Below are positions 50,147-60,306 of a DNA stretch of 64,000 nt, one piece after another. The DNA lies in NCBI GenBank assembly GCA_011620275.1, contig WOZK01000030.1:6242-70241 (forward strand), given 5' to 3'. The notes beneath the pieces are model-generated. The model was not told where the DNA came from, did no database searches, and was given only the letters and a program-made list of their open reading frames with translations. Within the stretch, counting starts at the first letter, position 1, and each line of letters begins with the position of its first letter. Source of the DNA: Candidatus Omnitrophota bacterium (GTDB taxonomy: Bacteria > Omnitrophota > Gorgyraeia > Gygaellales > Profunditerraquicolaceae). A program made the position numbers and the translations under genes.

Positions 50147-50174
50147 AATATAGCACAGACCTGAAGTATGTCAA
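50147..50174 (-). promoter_or_regulatory. Sigma70-type promoter for the pyrG-carA-carB operon
   Basis: Minus strand TTGACA (rc of 50169-50174), 16-nt spacer with TGn, TATATT (rc of 50147-50152). ~90-nt leader. Confidence 0.5.
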
Positions 50175-50408
50175 CACAGATTATAAGACCCTGATTACAA
50201 ACCCCTTTTTGCTCCGATTAGGAAATAAATTCTTTAAACAGCACCATAGAGTACCGGTGCTGACGCGGTTTTATTCTATCATAAAAAATGACTTCAAAGG
50301 AAGAAAAGGTTTTCGTTCTTGTGCGCCGGCAAAACGCGGCAGCGGTCAGAGGCTAAGCCCCGCGTACCGCAGCCGTGCATGAGCGGCACCGGGGGCTGTG
50401 CGAGCAGC

Positions 50409-50450
50409 GTAAAAAAACAGGCGCCCGGCTAATATCAGCGGGGCGCCTGC
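50409..50450 (-). terminator. Rho-independent terminator of the GltS-domain gene
   Basis: CAGGCGCCCCGCUGAUAUUAGCCGGGCGCCUG followed by UUUUUUU on the minus strand. Confidence 0.8.
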
Positions 50451-50472
50451 CTCATCCTAACGCCACACGGCA

Positions 50473-52065
50473 CTACTTGCCGAACAACACCTTTTCCGCC
50501 TCTTTACGGAAGGCATCCATCACATAAGGGATACCGCACACTTTCTCGGCTTCTTCGCTCAGGGACATGAGATCCCTGCGGGATATGCTGCTCAAGCTGA
50601 AATTGCGCGAACCTGCCATCAGCTGCTGCAGCCCCACCTTGATGCGCTGGCTGAAAGTATATATCCCGACCGCGCCAAGAGGGATATCCTTCATATCCTT
50701 GCCGTATTTCTCGGAGAGCTCCTCATAACAAACGAATATCTCCTCCGGCTTACTGCCGAACTCGGATACCGTGGGAGGCAAATTGCCGCTTTTAATCCAC
50801 TCCTGGATATTTTTCCCCACGAAACCGGGGATCATCAAAGCACGGCCCATGCAGACCGCCTTGACATACGGCGCGCCCATGGCAAGCACTTTGAAAACAT
50901 GGTCCTCCATAGCGAAGCCCCCGGCGATGGCGATATCGGGAACACGCATTTTCTTTTTGTTCATTTTTTCGCAAAACTCATAGGCGAGCGACTGCAGGTA
51001 AAAAGTTGGGATACCCCACTCCTGCATCATTTTCCAGGGGCTCATACCGGTGCCGCCGGAAGCTCCGTCTATAGTCAACAGGTCGACCTGTGCCGCGGAA
51101 CTGAATTTCAGGGCCTGAGCCAGTTCCACCATTGAATAAGCCCCGGTCTTCACGGTTATCCTTTTGTAACCCAGGTCGCGCAGGCGTTTAATCTCCTTCA
51201 TAAAACCTTCCTCCGAAACAAACCCAAGCCTGGAATGCCGCTCGAATTCCTTGATCGCCCCGGCCTTAAAGGCCTGCTGTATGGCCGGGACTTCCGGGTC
51301 GGGAGTCACGATATAGCCTTTTTCCTTGAGTTGTATCGCGCGCTCCGGGGTTTTTACCTTGATCTCTCCGCCGATACACTTGGCCCCCTGTCCCCATTTA
51401 AGCTCAATCGTCTCCAGCTTGTGCTTTTTGCGCATATACTCGGCGACGCCTAACCGTGTGTCCTCGACATTCATCTGCACTAGTATCTCTCCGTAACCGT
51501 CGTAGAAACGCTTATACAACTCTATACGCCTGTCCATATCCGGGGCGTTCACTATCTTGCCTTTGGCGTCCAACTCCAGCCTGGGATCGATACCGCAGAC
51601 GTTCTCCCCGCAGACGATGGTGATGCCGGAGATCGCCGCCCCCACCGCAAAATGCTCCCAGTTCTTCCTGGCGATCTCGGTGGAACCGAGGGCCCCGGTG
51701 AAAACAGGAACGCGCATTTTAACTTTCTGGGCCCATCCGTATTCTGTCGTCGTGTCCACAGCCGGGAATATGGCGGTATCCGGACTTCCGGAGACTCCTT
51801 TGGGAAGTCCATTTGCTCCCTGAGCGTAACCCTGAATGTTCAGGTGCGAATAATCCACCGGATATTCTTTATCGCCTCCCGCGGTAATCTCTCCGAAAGG
51901 CCCGGGGTAAATTACCTCCCTGCCCCGAAAAGAAGATTTGAACACTTCACAGTTGCCCCGGCAGGAATCAAGACAACGTGAACAGAGGCCGGAACAGCTG
52001 ACCACGTTTTTGGAACGGTTAAAAGTGCGCGTAGCGTCGTTTCCTCCCGCAGTGCTAAGGTTCAT
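50473..52065 (-). CDS. Glutamate synthase domain-2 (FMN-binding GltS family) protein with an N-terminal Cys cluster
   Basis: 530 aa. N-terminal CSGLCSRCLDSCRGNC. FMN/TIM-barrel GltS central-domain motifs (...GGTGMSPW..., ...IAIAGGF...). Confidence 0.7.
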   Translation of the reverse strand: MNLSTAGGNDATRTFNRSKNVVSCSGLCSRCLDSCRGNCEVFKSSFRGREVIYPGPFGEITAGGDKEYPVDYSHLNIQGYAQGANGLPKGVSGSPDTAIFPAVDTTTEYGWAQKVKMRVPVFTGALGSTEIARKNWEHFAVGAAISGITIVCGENVCGIDPRLELDAKGKIVNAPDMDRRIELYKRFYDGYGEILVQMNVEDTRLGVAEYMRKKHKLETIELKWGQGAKCIGGEIKVKTPERAIQLKEKGYIVTPDPEVPAIQQAFKAGAIKEFERHSRLGFVSEEGFMKEIKRLRDLGYKRITVKTGAYSMVELAQALKFSSAAQVDLLTIDGASGGTGMSPWKMMQEWGIPTFYLQSLAYEFCEKMNKKKMRVPDIAIAGGFAMEDHVFKVLAMGAPYVKAVCMGRALMIPGFVGKNIQEWIKSGNLPPTVSEFGSKPEEIFVCYEELSEKYGKDMKDIPLGAVGIYTFSQRIKVGLQQLMAGSRNFSLSSISRRDLMSLSEEAEKVCGIPYVMDAFRKEAEKVLFGK

Positions 52066-52168
52066 ATTCCCTTTTCCTTTCTCCAGCCCGCTGGTTTAAC
52101 GTATGCCGCGGCCGGCCAGCAGGGCTAAGAAATGTACACCGGCCGCTTATCCTTCCATCGTTTGGGCA

Positions 52169-52200
52169 CAAAAAAAACGCCCGCCTTTATGGCGGACGTC
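52169..52200 (-). terminator. Rho-independent terminator of the metE-like gene
   Basis: ACGUCCGCC-AUAAA-GGCGGGCGU followed by U8 on the minus strand. Confidence 0.8.
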
Positions 52201-52317
52201 TTTGTCCTCAACAATAAGTATACACCCTTTCGGACTATTGTCAATCAATTCGGCGTGTCACAATATCAGGCCTTATCCGTGAGCCTGTTTATCTGTTCCG
52301 GATCGGACTTGAACCGG

Positions 52318-53361
52318 CTATCTCCGGGAGAGGATACCGGCAACGGCGTCAAGCAGGCTAAAAATCCCTGCGGCTTTTTCTTCACCCAGACTGCCGAGGC
52401 CGCAGCTCGGGCTGACGATAAGCCTTTCCCTGACTTTCGCCGCATTCACTCCTTTGCGCCTGAACATCTCCACCCCGGAATCTATCTTTTCCAGCAGGGA
52501 CTCCGGCGTCTCAGCCCCGGTAAATTCCCTGGTAGGTGCGATACCCCAGCAAAGAATCCCCCCTTTGTCGAGGAAAGCCGAAACTTCGGCTGCGTAAAGC
52601 ACAATTCTGTCCAGAAAATTGAAGGCATCGAAGCTGATTATATCCACTCCGGCCGCCTCGGTAAGTATGGACCAGTCGGTATTGCCGCAGCAATGAACCC
52701 CGGTCAATGCTCCGTGCGCCTTTATGTCCGAACACAATTCGCTCATTACATCCAGCGCCGTCTGCCGGGTGACCGGTGTATAGGCGGAGCCGAAACAACC
52801 GAGATACGGCTCATCCACGAAAATAATCGTCTGCCTGCCGAATTCCTTAAGGAACTCGATTTGCCATTTAGCTTTGCCCGCCAGACCTTTTACCACAACC
52901 TGCATCATTATTTCGTTATGCAGAAGGGCCGTCCCTTTTTCATCGGTAACCGAGGCCGCGAAGGTGAAAGGACCGGTTATGTGTCCCTTGAGGAAATCAG
53001 CGCCTTTGGCGCCGTTCCTGCGCAGCCTATCGCGGTAGGCGTAGATCCCGGGGGCAAAGTCAGGGGTAATGGCAAAATAGGCGTTGTCGCCTGCTATCAC
53101 CTTTTCGTAAAAAAGCTCGAGTTCGCTTTCAGGAGCGGACGCATCCAGATAAACGCCTCCGTCTTGGAGTTTAAAACAAGGGAAATTCTGGGAAAACTGC
53201 GCCACCATCCCTTCGCATGCCCCTCTCTTGGGAAGCTGCGGCCAGAACGGCGCTCTCGGAGTGCGTCGGAAAATAAGATCCAGCGCGGTCTCCGCTTCAC
53301 GATAAGGCAAACTGCCTATGCCGGTAGCCAAACCTTTAAGAACCTCCGCGTCTCTCATCTC
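52318..53361 (-). CDS. Cobalamin-independent methionine synthase (MetE C-terminal-like, short form) family protein
   Basis: Start at MRDAEVLKGLATGIGSLP. C-terminal ...VSPSCGLGS... resembles the MetE zinc-ligand region. Confidence 0.6.
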   Translation of the reverse strand, partial: EMRDAEVLKGLATGIGSLPYREAETALDLIFRRTPRAPFWPQLPKRGACEGMVAQFSQNFPCFKLQDGGVYLDASAPESELELFYEKVIAGDNAYFAITPDFAPGIYAYRDRLRRNGAKGADFLKGHITGPFTFAASVTDEKGTALLHNEIMMQVVVKGLAGKAKWQIEFLKEFGRQTIIFVDEPYLGCFGSAYTPVTRQTALDVMSELCSDIKAHGALTGVHCCGNTDWSILTEAAGVDIISFDAFNFLDRIVLYAAEVSAFLDKGGILCWGIAPTREFTGAETPESLLEKIDSGVEMFRRKGVNAAKVRERLIVSPSCGLGSLGEEKAAGIFSLLDAVAGILSRR

Positions 53362-53591
53362 ACCCGCCCCCCGCCGAACCCGCGGAACAAACCGCCGTTT
53401 CCTCCGCTCCTGGTCTTTTTGTCGCCGGTCACGCTGCCGCAGACAGCGCATCTGTATTCATAAAGGCAGCCGTCGGGTAATACCAACAGCAGCCTTTCTC
53501 TTACGGGCGTGGAACGCCCGCAGGAAGAACAGAAAAGCCTGCCGGCATTGAGCTCTTCGAATTGTCCTTTCGGTCCACGGCCGTTCATCAC
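53355..53591 (-). CDS. Putative small zinc-ribbon protein
   Basis: CSSCG...CAVCG pairs. Overlaps neighbours by a few nt at both ends. Weak. Confidence 0.3.
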   Translation of the reverse strand: MMNGRGPKGQFEELNAGRLFCSSCGRSTPVRERLLLVLPDGCLYEYRCAVCGSVTGDKKTRSGGNGGLFRGFGGGRVR

Positions 53592-53887
53592 ATCAAACCC
53601 GGGATATTCAATCCCGTGATCTCCTTCATTTTCTGCGCCGCCAGGTCATGGGAATGCTTTATCGCGCGGTTATAGACATCCTTTAACGCCTTTTCCAGCC
53701 TGGTTTTCGCCTCCGGAGGAAGCGTTTCACATCTAACGGTTACCGCTTCCACCTGTTGTGAACCATTCATAGAAAGACGCACACTACCGTCCTGACTCTC
53801 GGTATCGAACACTGTTTTATCCAGGCTTTCCTTAATCTCCCTGGCCTTCTTCTGCATTTCCATTATGGATTTAAGTTTGTCGAACAT
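53588..53887 (-). CDS. ybaB: Nucleoid-associated protein YbaB/EbfC
   Basis: 99 aa. MFDKLKSIMEMQKKAREIKE... typical YbaB. Confidence 0.8.
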   Translation of the reverse strand: MFDKLKSIMEMQKKAREIKESLDKTVFDTESQDGSVRLSMNGSQQVEAVTVRCETLPPEAKTRLEKALKDVYNRAIKHSHDLAAQKMKEITGLNIPGLM

Positions 53888-53959
53888 TTCTTCTCCTCTG
53901 CATGACCCTACGGGATTTAACCGGAGAGACCCTCCTATTTTTCCTGCGAAACAGCCGGA

Positions 53960-54445
53960 TTATTTACCCGGGACGGCTGTAAGCAACGATTTATACTCCT
54001 TGTAAGGGAACTCGTTGGTCTGAAACAATATCCTTCCCTCCCGGTCTACCAGTGTGTAAGTAGGCACTCCGATCAGCCGGTAAGTGTCCGCTACCGTTCC
54101 GTATCCGTCCAGGAAAGAAGGAATGCTTATACGATTACGGCTGAGGAAACGCAAGACTTTCTCTTCGCTTTCCCCCACGTTGATGGGAATGACCTCGATC
54201 CCTTCCGCCGACATCTTTTCGTACTTTTCATTCAGCATCTTCATCTGCCTGACGCAATACGGGCACCAGGTGGTCCAGAAGAAAAGCAGCACCGGTTTTA
54301 CACCCCGGAAATAGCTCATGGTGACCGTCTTGCCGGAAGTAGCGGTCAGGCTAAAATCTGACGCGCTGTCGAAAGCCCAAAGGCTACCGGCGCAGAACAA
54401 CGATAACACCAGGATAGAGACGGCGAATATTTTTATTATCTTCAT
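53960..54445 (-). CDS. Thioredoxin-like thiol:disulfide oxidoreductase (TlpA/ResA family), secreted
   Basis: Signal peptide. WCPYC active site. Confidence 0.8.
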   Translation of the reverse strand: MKIIKIFAVSILVLSLFCAGSLWAFDSASDFSLTATSGKTVTMSYFRGVKPVLLFFWTTWCPYCVRQMKMLNEKYEKMSAEGIEVIPINVGESEEKVLRFLSRNRISIPSFLDGYGTVADTYRLIGVPTYTLVDREGRILFQTNEFPYKEYKSLLTAVPGK

Positions 54446-54531
54446 GTTCTCCTCTCTTTATGCGCCGCTGTTTACCGCCGCAGGCTGTTTATCTCCAGGA
54501 GGACGATAACAGCAGTCATGCTACGACAAGC

Positions 54532-55200
54532 TCAATTCAATTCTTTTATTATAAAATACACCCCGCTGGCGCACAACAATAAAGCGCAGGCTTTCTGTAC
54601 ATATTCCAGCCATTTGCCGGACTTGGGCAGCCGGGAAAGGAAATAACCGGATGTTCCGGCGACAATGAACAGCAGGCTCATCCCGTACGCGAAAGTAAGC
54701 AGCAACAGCGCGCCGTAGAGCACATTCTTGCGCGAAGCGAGATAGACCAGGATGGAACCGAGCACCGGGGTAACGCACGGACTAATCAACAGTGCCGACC
54801 CGCAGCCGAGAAAGAAAGCCCAGAAAATCCCGCCGTGTCCTTTGCCTGTTGGGCGCACTCCGATAAACCGCTTTACAGGCAGCTTCAGGATACCGGACAT
54901 GAATACGCCGAAAATGAATATCAATAGGCCGGAGAGGACCGATATCCATGCAGAAGCTGCTAATCTTGCCATAGCCCTGCCGCCCAGCGAAGCCAACACG
55001 CCCAGCAGGGCGTAAATGAAAGCGGTTCCGCCGGCGTAGGAAAAACTCAACAGAAAAGCCCTGCGGCGAGAAACACAGGAAGACGCCCCTACATAACCGA
55101 TTATGACCGGCAAAAGCGGATATACGCAAGGAGTAAAACTCCAGAGTACCCCGCCGGCAAAAGCTATGACGAAATCAAACGGCGTTCCCGACAGATTCAT
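54532..55200 (-). CDS. ccdA: Cytochrome c biogenesis / thiol-disulfide transporter CcdA (DsbD TM domain)
   Basis: FTPCVYPLLP and a second ...LISPCVTP half-site. 6 TM helices. Confidence 0.85.
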   Translation of the reverse strand: MNLSGTPFDFVIAFAGGVLWSFTPCVYPLLPVIIGYVGASSCVSRRRAFLLSFSYAGGTAFIYALLGVLASLGGRAMARLAASAWISVLSGLLIFIFGVFMSGILKLPVKRFIGVRPTGKGHGGIFWAFFLGCGSALLISPCVTPVLGSILVYLASRKNVLYGALLLLTFAYGMSLLFIVAGTSGYFLSRLPKSGKWLEYVQKACALLLCASGVYFIIKELN

Positions 55201-55495
55201 TTATCCAGGAAAGATATTCTTTCGTCCCGGCGACAACAGGCAAAGCGATGATCTCCGGCACGGAGTAGCTATGGCAAGATCTGACCTCACCGGCCAAGCG
55301 CGAAAATAAGGATTTCTTGGTTTTTATGACCAACAGGCATTCACGGCAGTTATTGACGCGCCCCTTCCAACGGAAGAATGAGGATATCCCGGGAACGACG
55401 TTCACACAGGCGGCCAGTTTCTTCTCCACCAGGCGGCGGGCTATCTTCTCCGACTCTTTCTTACTGCAGGCGGTGACGAACACGGTGATATACAT
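55175..55495 (-). CDS. cutA: Divalent-cation tolerance protein CutA
   Basis: ...LAACVN.VPGISSFFRWKG...HSYSVPEIIALPV... CutA1 motifs. Confidence 0.8.
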   Translation of the reverse strand: MYITVFVTACSKKESEKIARRLVEKKLAACVNVVPGISSFFRWKGRVNNCRECLLVIKTKKSLFSRLAGEVRSCHSYSVPEIIALPVVAGTKEYLSWINESVGNAV

Positions 55496-55507
55496 GGGCG
55501 ATTTTCC

Positions 55508-56002
55508 TCACGCTGACGGTCCGGCCGCGAGTTTCTTGACCAGTTCGGCGACCCTGCCGCCCAGCCTCAGGCATTCGTCCGCGGCTCGCTCGTCGCAACT
55601 TCCCACGGCAACCGGGCCGTAATGGTCTCCTTTAGGATCGCCGTGTATGATCATACCATGCACGAGCAGAACATGCAAGATATCCAGAATGGTGCTTTCG
55701 TTGCCTCCTGCGAGGTTGCCGCTGGAGGCGAACGCCGCTCCGATCCTGCCGTCGAGCCTGCCGTGCAGCTTTACCGACTCGTCCACCAGCTTCTTTATTT
55801 CGGCGGCCATGGTCCCGTAATAAACCGGTGACCCTATTATCACGCCGGAATAAGCAAGCAGTTCATCCACTCCCACAGATCCCACATCCCGGACGTCCGT
55901 CTCCACCCCGTGGCTGCGCGCCCCCTCGGCCACCAGTTCCGCCATGCGCCTGGTGGTGCCGCCCCGCGAATAATAGATCACTATTATCTTCTGCATGCTC
56001 AC
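55508..56002 (-). CDS. Flavodoxin-like FMN reductase / WrbA-like protein
   Basis: MQKIIVIYYSRGGTTRRMAE... flavodoxin fold. Confidence 0.7.
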   Translation of the reverse strand: MSMQKIIVIYYSRGGTTRRMAELVAEGARSHGVETDVRDVGSVGVDELLAYSGVIIGSPVYYGTMAAEIKKLVDESVKLHGRLDGRIGAAFASSGNLAGGNESTILDILHVLLVHGMIIHGDPKGDHYGPVAVGSCDERAADECLRLGGRVAELVKKLAAGPSA

Positions 56003-56232
56003 CTCCCGGATACAGTGGTTTCTTCTATTTTAGCCGACCTTATCTTCCCGTATTGAGAACAAATGTCGAATACCAGTTCCGGATCATCGGTCCCCAGAGA
56101 AACGTGCATGCATGATTCCCCGGGAACACCAGCCTCCCCCTGAATAGACAGCTCTATATCTTCCCCTATCCCATCCAAAGCCCGGCGCAGTATATCCTCC
56201 GAGACGCACCCTACCCCAAGTATGAATTTCAT
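55999..56232 (-). CDS. Small DUF3343-like protein (putative Se/S carrier-like)
   Basis: MKFILGVGCVSEDILR...GESCMHVS... Weak resemblance to DUF3343. Confidence 0.3.
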   Translation of the reverse strand: MKFILGVGCVSEDILRRALDGIGEDIELSIQGEAGVPGESCMHVSLGTDDPELVFDICSQYGKIRSAKIEETTVSGR

Positions 56233-56263
56233 CCTGAATTTTCTTAAAAGGAACATACGCCTC

Positions 56264-56989
56264 CTATTGCGTTTTGCTAAGCATAATCACTGAAAGCATC
56301 CTCCCCGCGAGCCCTCCTTCCCTGCGGTAAGAAAAGAAATCTCTCCCCATACACATGGTGCACTGACCACCGCTCTCATGTATATTCTCAGACCTCACAC
56401 CGCAGACAAGCAATGCTTGTCTATTGAAACCGGAGAGGTCGAAAAACGTATCCTCTCCGTCCATAGCGACTGACCCGGGAAAAATCTCCCGGAAATCTCC
56501 TGAGACCCGGTAACAGCATTGTCCTATGCAGGGCCCCAGCCATGCCGAGACCGCTTCCGGCCTGGTGCCGAATTTTTCCCGCATCAAACGCAGGGTATTG
56601 CCGATTATCCCGTCGCGGCTCCCGCGCCATCCGGCGTGGACGGCCGCCGCCGCCGGCGCCGCGGGATCGAAAAGCAATACCGGCAGACAATCGGCGGTAA
56701 GTATGCCGAGCGGCAGTCCGGGAACGCAGGTAACTAGGGCGTCCGCCCGGGCCACGGAAGTCTCGAAAGACAAAGCCCCTTTGCCGGCGTCGGCGGAAGT
56801 GACCTCCACGGCTCTGCCGCCGTGCACCTGGTCGCTGCAGACCAGACGGCCGGGGACGGCGCCTATCGAAGCAAGAAAATTCCCGCGGTTAACCAGCACG
56901 TCCGCCTTATCCCCGTGCCGGAACGACATATTTATGCGCCCGCGGCCGAAAGCCAGGCTGATCCCGCACAGCTCCTCAGACGTCATTTT
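56264..56989 (-). CDS. pgeF: Purine nucleoside phosphorylase / peptidoglycan editing factor YfiH (PgeF, DUF152)
   Basis: ...TADCLPV...HAGWRG...C..C motifs. Start at MTSEEL. Confidence 0.75.
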   Translation of the reverse strand, partial: KMTSEELCGISLAFGRGRINMSFRHGDKADVLVNRGNFLASIGAVPGRLVCSDQVHGGRAVEVTSADAGKGALSFETSVARADALVTCVPGLPLGILTADCLPVLLFDPAAPAAAAVHAGWRGSRDGIIGNTLRLMREKFGTRPEAVSAWLGPCIGQCCYRVSGDFREIFPGSVAMDGEDTFFDLSGFNRQALLVCGVRSENIHESGGQCTMCMGRDFFSYRREGGLAGRMLSVIMLSKTQ

Positions 56990-57902
56990 CCTGCCTGTCC
57001 ACGGAGGCAATCCTTTCCGCCAGTTTCTCGAGTTTTCTGGAACTCTCTTCGTATTTACGGCCCGCGTCCTGCAGATGCCTGCCCACGAGCTGATAATCAT
57101 CCCGGAATTTGTTTATCTCGCCCGATAAAGAAGCTATAGTCTTTAATATGCGTTCCGCGTTCTCTTCCACGCGCAACCCCTTCAATCCCAGGCAGATTAT
57201 CTGCAGGTAGGCGTAGAAAGTAAGCGGCGACACCGGATATACCCTGCGCGAGATCAAATAAGACAAAAGGTCTTCCGTGGCTATTATCTCATAATAGACG
57301 TTCTCCGCCGGGATATACATAAAAGCGAAATCGTAGGTGTTCTCGGCCGGGAGGATGTATTTGGAAGCTATCTCGTCGGTCCTGTCCTTGACGTCGGAAA
57401 CGAACTTTTTCTTCAGGGCCGAGCGCGCCTGTTCCTGCGGTTCAGCCGTCATTTTCTGAAAGTTCTCCAGGCTGAACTTGGCGTCCACCGGCAAGAGACG
57501 CTCCCCCAGCCTGATAACCGCGTCCACCGTATCGGAGGTGCGGAAACGGTATTGCACCTGGAAGAAATCGGGAGGCAGAACCTGGGAAAGCAGGTTTTCC
57601 AGGAAAGTCTCGGCGAACTTTCCCCTGAACTTGGGGGCCCGCAGCAGTTCCTGCAGACTGGATATGTCCTTGCCTATCTCGTATATCCTGCGGTTTACCT
57701 CCTCGACGCGGGCTAATTTATCCTGGACCCCGCCAAAAACTCCGAGAGTATCGCCTATATTCTTATTCAAAGAGTCTCCGCTCCTGCGCACCGCCTCGGC
57801 CATCGCGTCCATGCGGGAACTAATCTGGAAATAAAGGCGTAGCAGCACGAAGAACACCGCGAAAACCGCCAGTACCGACGCGATCACCAGAACTATGACC
57901 AT
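56976..57902 (-). CDS. rmuC: DNA recombination protein RmuC
   Basis: N-terminal TM/coiled coil. RmuC C-terminal nuclease-like region (...FMYIPAENVYYE...). Confidence 0.7.
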   Translation of the reverse strand: MVIVLVIASVLAVFAVFFVLLRLYFQISSRMDAMAEAVRRSGDSLNKNIGDTLGVFGGVQDKLARVEEVNRRIYEIGKDISSLQELLRAPKFRGKFAETFLENLLSQVLPPDFFQVQYRFRTSDTVDAVIRLGERLLPVDAKFSLENFQKMTAEPQEQARSALKKKFVSDVKDRTDEIASKYILPAENTYDFAFMYIPAENVYYEIIATEDLLSYLISRRVYPVSPLTFYAYLQIICLGLKGLRVEENAERILKTIASLSGEINKFRDDYQLVGRHLQDAGRKYEESSRKLEKLAERIASVDRQENDV

Positions 57903-57936
57903 TTCTCGTTCTCCCCTTTACGGACCCGGCCTCAGC

Positions 57937-58656
57937 CTACGGCAGATATTCCCGTTTTATTCTTTTAACACTGCGGAAGATATTGGTTTTAACGTCCGGA
58001 CACACGCGCTCCGCCTGCGCTATGAAACGCCCCACAAGCGCCCGGTTAGTTTTACCGCTGTGCGGACACCGGCATTTCTGCGCCGGTATTTTGTAAGCGT
58101 CGGCAAAAGCTATTATCTCCTTCTCCTCAACGTATGCCAGCGGCCGTATCAACGTCAACTTCCCGCCGAAGAGTTCCTGTTTAGGGCACATCGCCGAGAT
58201 CTCCCCGTGAAAGAAGAAATTAAGAAGTATGGTCTGAACTATATCATCCTTGTGATGACCCAGAGCGACTTTGGAACACCCGAGCCTGTCCGCCGCCTCG
58301 AACAACGTCTTGCGCCGGTTCCAGGAACACCAGAAACAGTTAATTTTCCCGCGGTCGCTGGAACGCAAGGCGTCAGATCTCTCTATGTGGAACTCAACGC
58401 CGATGCCGCGCAGATTACGTTCCAACCTCGCCGGATTTACTCCCCCATACCCCAAATCGACGTGCACCGCGATTATATCGTACTTTATCGGAACAAACTT
58501 CCGCCTCTCCTGCATTATGCGCAGAAGGGCAAAGCTGTCCTTACCGCCGGAAACCGCCACCGCCACCCTGTCCCCGTCGTCAAGCATCCCGTAATCGGTA
58601 ATCGCCTTGCCGACCTTTTTGGAGAGGAAATATGCCCGGCCGGAAAGATACGCCAT
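57937..58656 (-). CDS. ttcA: tRNA 2-thiocytidine(32) synthetase TtcA
   Basis: PP-loop SGGKDS, CxxC pairs (CFWC, CRC). Confidence 0.8.
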   Translation of the reverse strand: MAYLSGRAYFLSKKVGKAITDYGMLDDGDRVAVAVSGGKDSFALLRIMQERRKFVPIKYDIIAVHVDLGYGGVNPARLERNLRGIGVEFHIERSDALRSSDRGKINCFWCSWNRRKTLFEAADRLGCSKVALGHHKDDIVQTILLNFFFHGEISAMCPKQELFGGKLTLIRPLAYVEEKEIIAFADAYKIPAQKCRCPHSGKTNRALVGRFIAQAERVCPDVKTNIFRSVKRIKREYLP

Positions 58657-60306
58657 TTATCTCCTGCCGGCCCTTGTGTCGCGGGTCGCCGCCAGAGCCA
58701 GGTATACCTCTTTCAGCATATCGCAGGACAGCAAAAGCAGCGCCGCAGACACAGCGACCAGGATATAAGCCTTCTGCCGCCAGAAAACAACCATCCCCGA
58801 CCCGAGCGCGAAAACGGTGGTAACCGCCATAAACAACGCCGGCAATAACGTGTATAAAGACGGCCGGCCTCTTTGTAAAAGATAAACGGAAGCCGTCAAC
58901 AGCACCAGGGCGGCGATCAACTGGTTCGCCGCGCCGAACACCGGCCAGATCACCTGCCAGGAGCCGAAAGCCAGACAGGCCGCGGCCACCACGGAAATCA
59001 CGCCGAACACATATTTATTATTCATTTTCTTCCTTTTCAGAGACTCCCCGAATATCTCTTCCGTAAGGTAACGCGTGATCCTGGTTGCGCTGTCGAGAGT
59101 GGTCATCACGAAACTGTTCAAAAGAAAAACCGCTATGGTCGTCCCGGCCGCGGCGCCCACCAGAGGGGCAGTGAGATTACCGTAGCCTTTACCGAAGGTC
59201 ACTATCCAGCCGCTTTTCTCCGCCAGTTCAGGATAGACCATGCCCTCCGGCCCGCCGCTCCAGAAAAGACCGGCGCAGACGGAGATTATGGCAAGCAGGG
59301 ACATCGCCGCCTCCAGCAGCATGCCTCCGAAGGCTATACGCTTGGCGTCGCGTTTACACGCCAGCTGCTTGGAGGTCGTCCCGGACGAAACCAGCGAATG
59401 AAAACCGGAGATGGCGCCGCAGGCTATCAAAACGAACATGGCCGGCCACAAACCGGCGCTTCCGGCTGGAGCCTGAATATAGAAAGGAGTCGACATCTTC
59501 GGATGAGAAACGAATACTCCGGCGTAGCCCAGGAGCAACCCCAGAAACAGCACGACCATTGAAAGATAGTCGCGCGGCTGCAGCAGCAAGTTCACCGGGA
59601 CTACCGAGGCGATATAGGCGTAAACGAGCAGCAGCGCCGTCCAGAACGCCATAGCCTGGGGAAACGCCAGCTGCACCGGAAATACTTCGCCCGCGTAAAT
59701 GGAGCCGGCCATAAGCAAAAGAGCGACCACGGTCGCCGGCAATTGTTTCACTTTCCAGCGGTAAATCATAAAACCTAGTAAGACGGCTATAGGGATGAGC
59801 CCCAGGGTAGGTATGACGATCTCCGGTTTGACAACAAGAGTCTGGGCGGTAACGGCCGCGAAGACCGCCACGATAAGAACCAGGGCCAGCCAGAGAAAAA
59901 TTGAAAAAAACAGACGGTAGCGGCGGTTTATCACAACCTCAGAAACCTGCCCCACCGATTTCCCTTTATGCCGCAACGAAAGAATAAGCGCAGAATAATC
60001 GTGGATCCCTCCGATGAAGATCGAACCTAAAACCACCCACAGCGCGGCCGGCCCCCAGCCGAACATGGCGCAGGCCACCACCGGCCCGATTACCGGGCCG
60101 GCCCCGGCTATCGAAGAAAAATGGTGGCCGAACAGAATGCTCCAGTGCTTTGCCGGCATATAGTCCAGCCCGTCGCCGTATTCCACGGCTGGGGTCTTAC
60201 GGCTGTAGTCCACCCCCCATATTTTCTTCTCGCTGAAGGCCGCGTAATAATGGTAACCCGCTGCCAGCGCGCAGGTCCCGACCAGCAGTAACCATAACGA
60301 ATTCAT
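58657..60306 (-). CDS. cstA: Carbon starvation protein CstA (peptide/pyruvate transporter family)
   Basis: 549 aa, ~16 TM helices. CstA N-terminal motifs (...HFSSIAGAGPVIGPV...). Confidence 0.8.
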   Translation of the reverse strand: MNSLWLLLVGTCALAAGYHYYAAFSEKKIWGVDYSRKTPAVEYGDGLDYMPAKHWSILFGHHFSSIAGAGPVIGPVVACAMFGWGPAALWVVLGSIFIGGIHDYSALILSLRHKGKSVGQVSEVVINRRYRLFFSIFLWLALVLIVAVFAAVTAQTLVVKPEIVIPTLGLIPIAVLLGFMIYRWKVKQLPATVVALLLMAGSIYAGEVFPVQLAFPQAMAFWTALLLVYAYIASVVPVNLLLQPRDYLSMVVLFLGLLLGYAGVFVSHPKMSTPFYIQAPAGSAGLWPAMFVLIACGAISGFHSLVSSGTTSKQLACKRDAKRIAFGGMLLEAAMSLLAIISVCAGLFWSGGPEGMVYPELAEKSGWIVTFGKGYGNLTAPLVGAAAGTTIAVFLLNSFVMTTLDSATRITRYLTEEIFGESLKRKKMNNKYVFGVISVVAAACLAFGSWQVIWPVFGAANQLIAALVLLTASVYLLQRGRPSLYTLLPALFMAVTTVFALGSGMVVFWRQKAYILVAVSAALLLLSCDMLKEVYLALAATRDTRAGRR

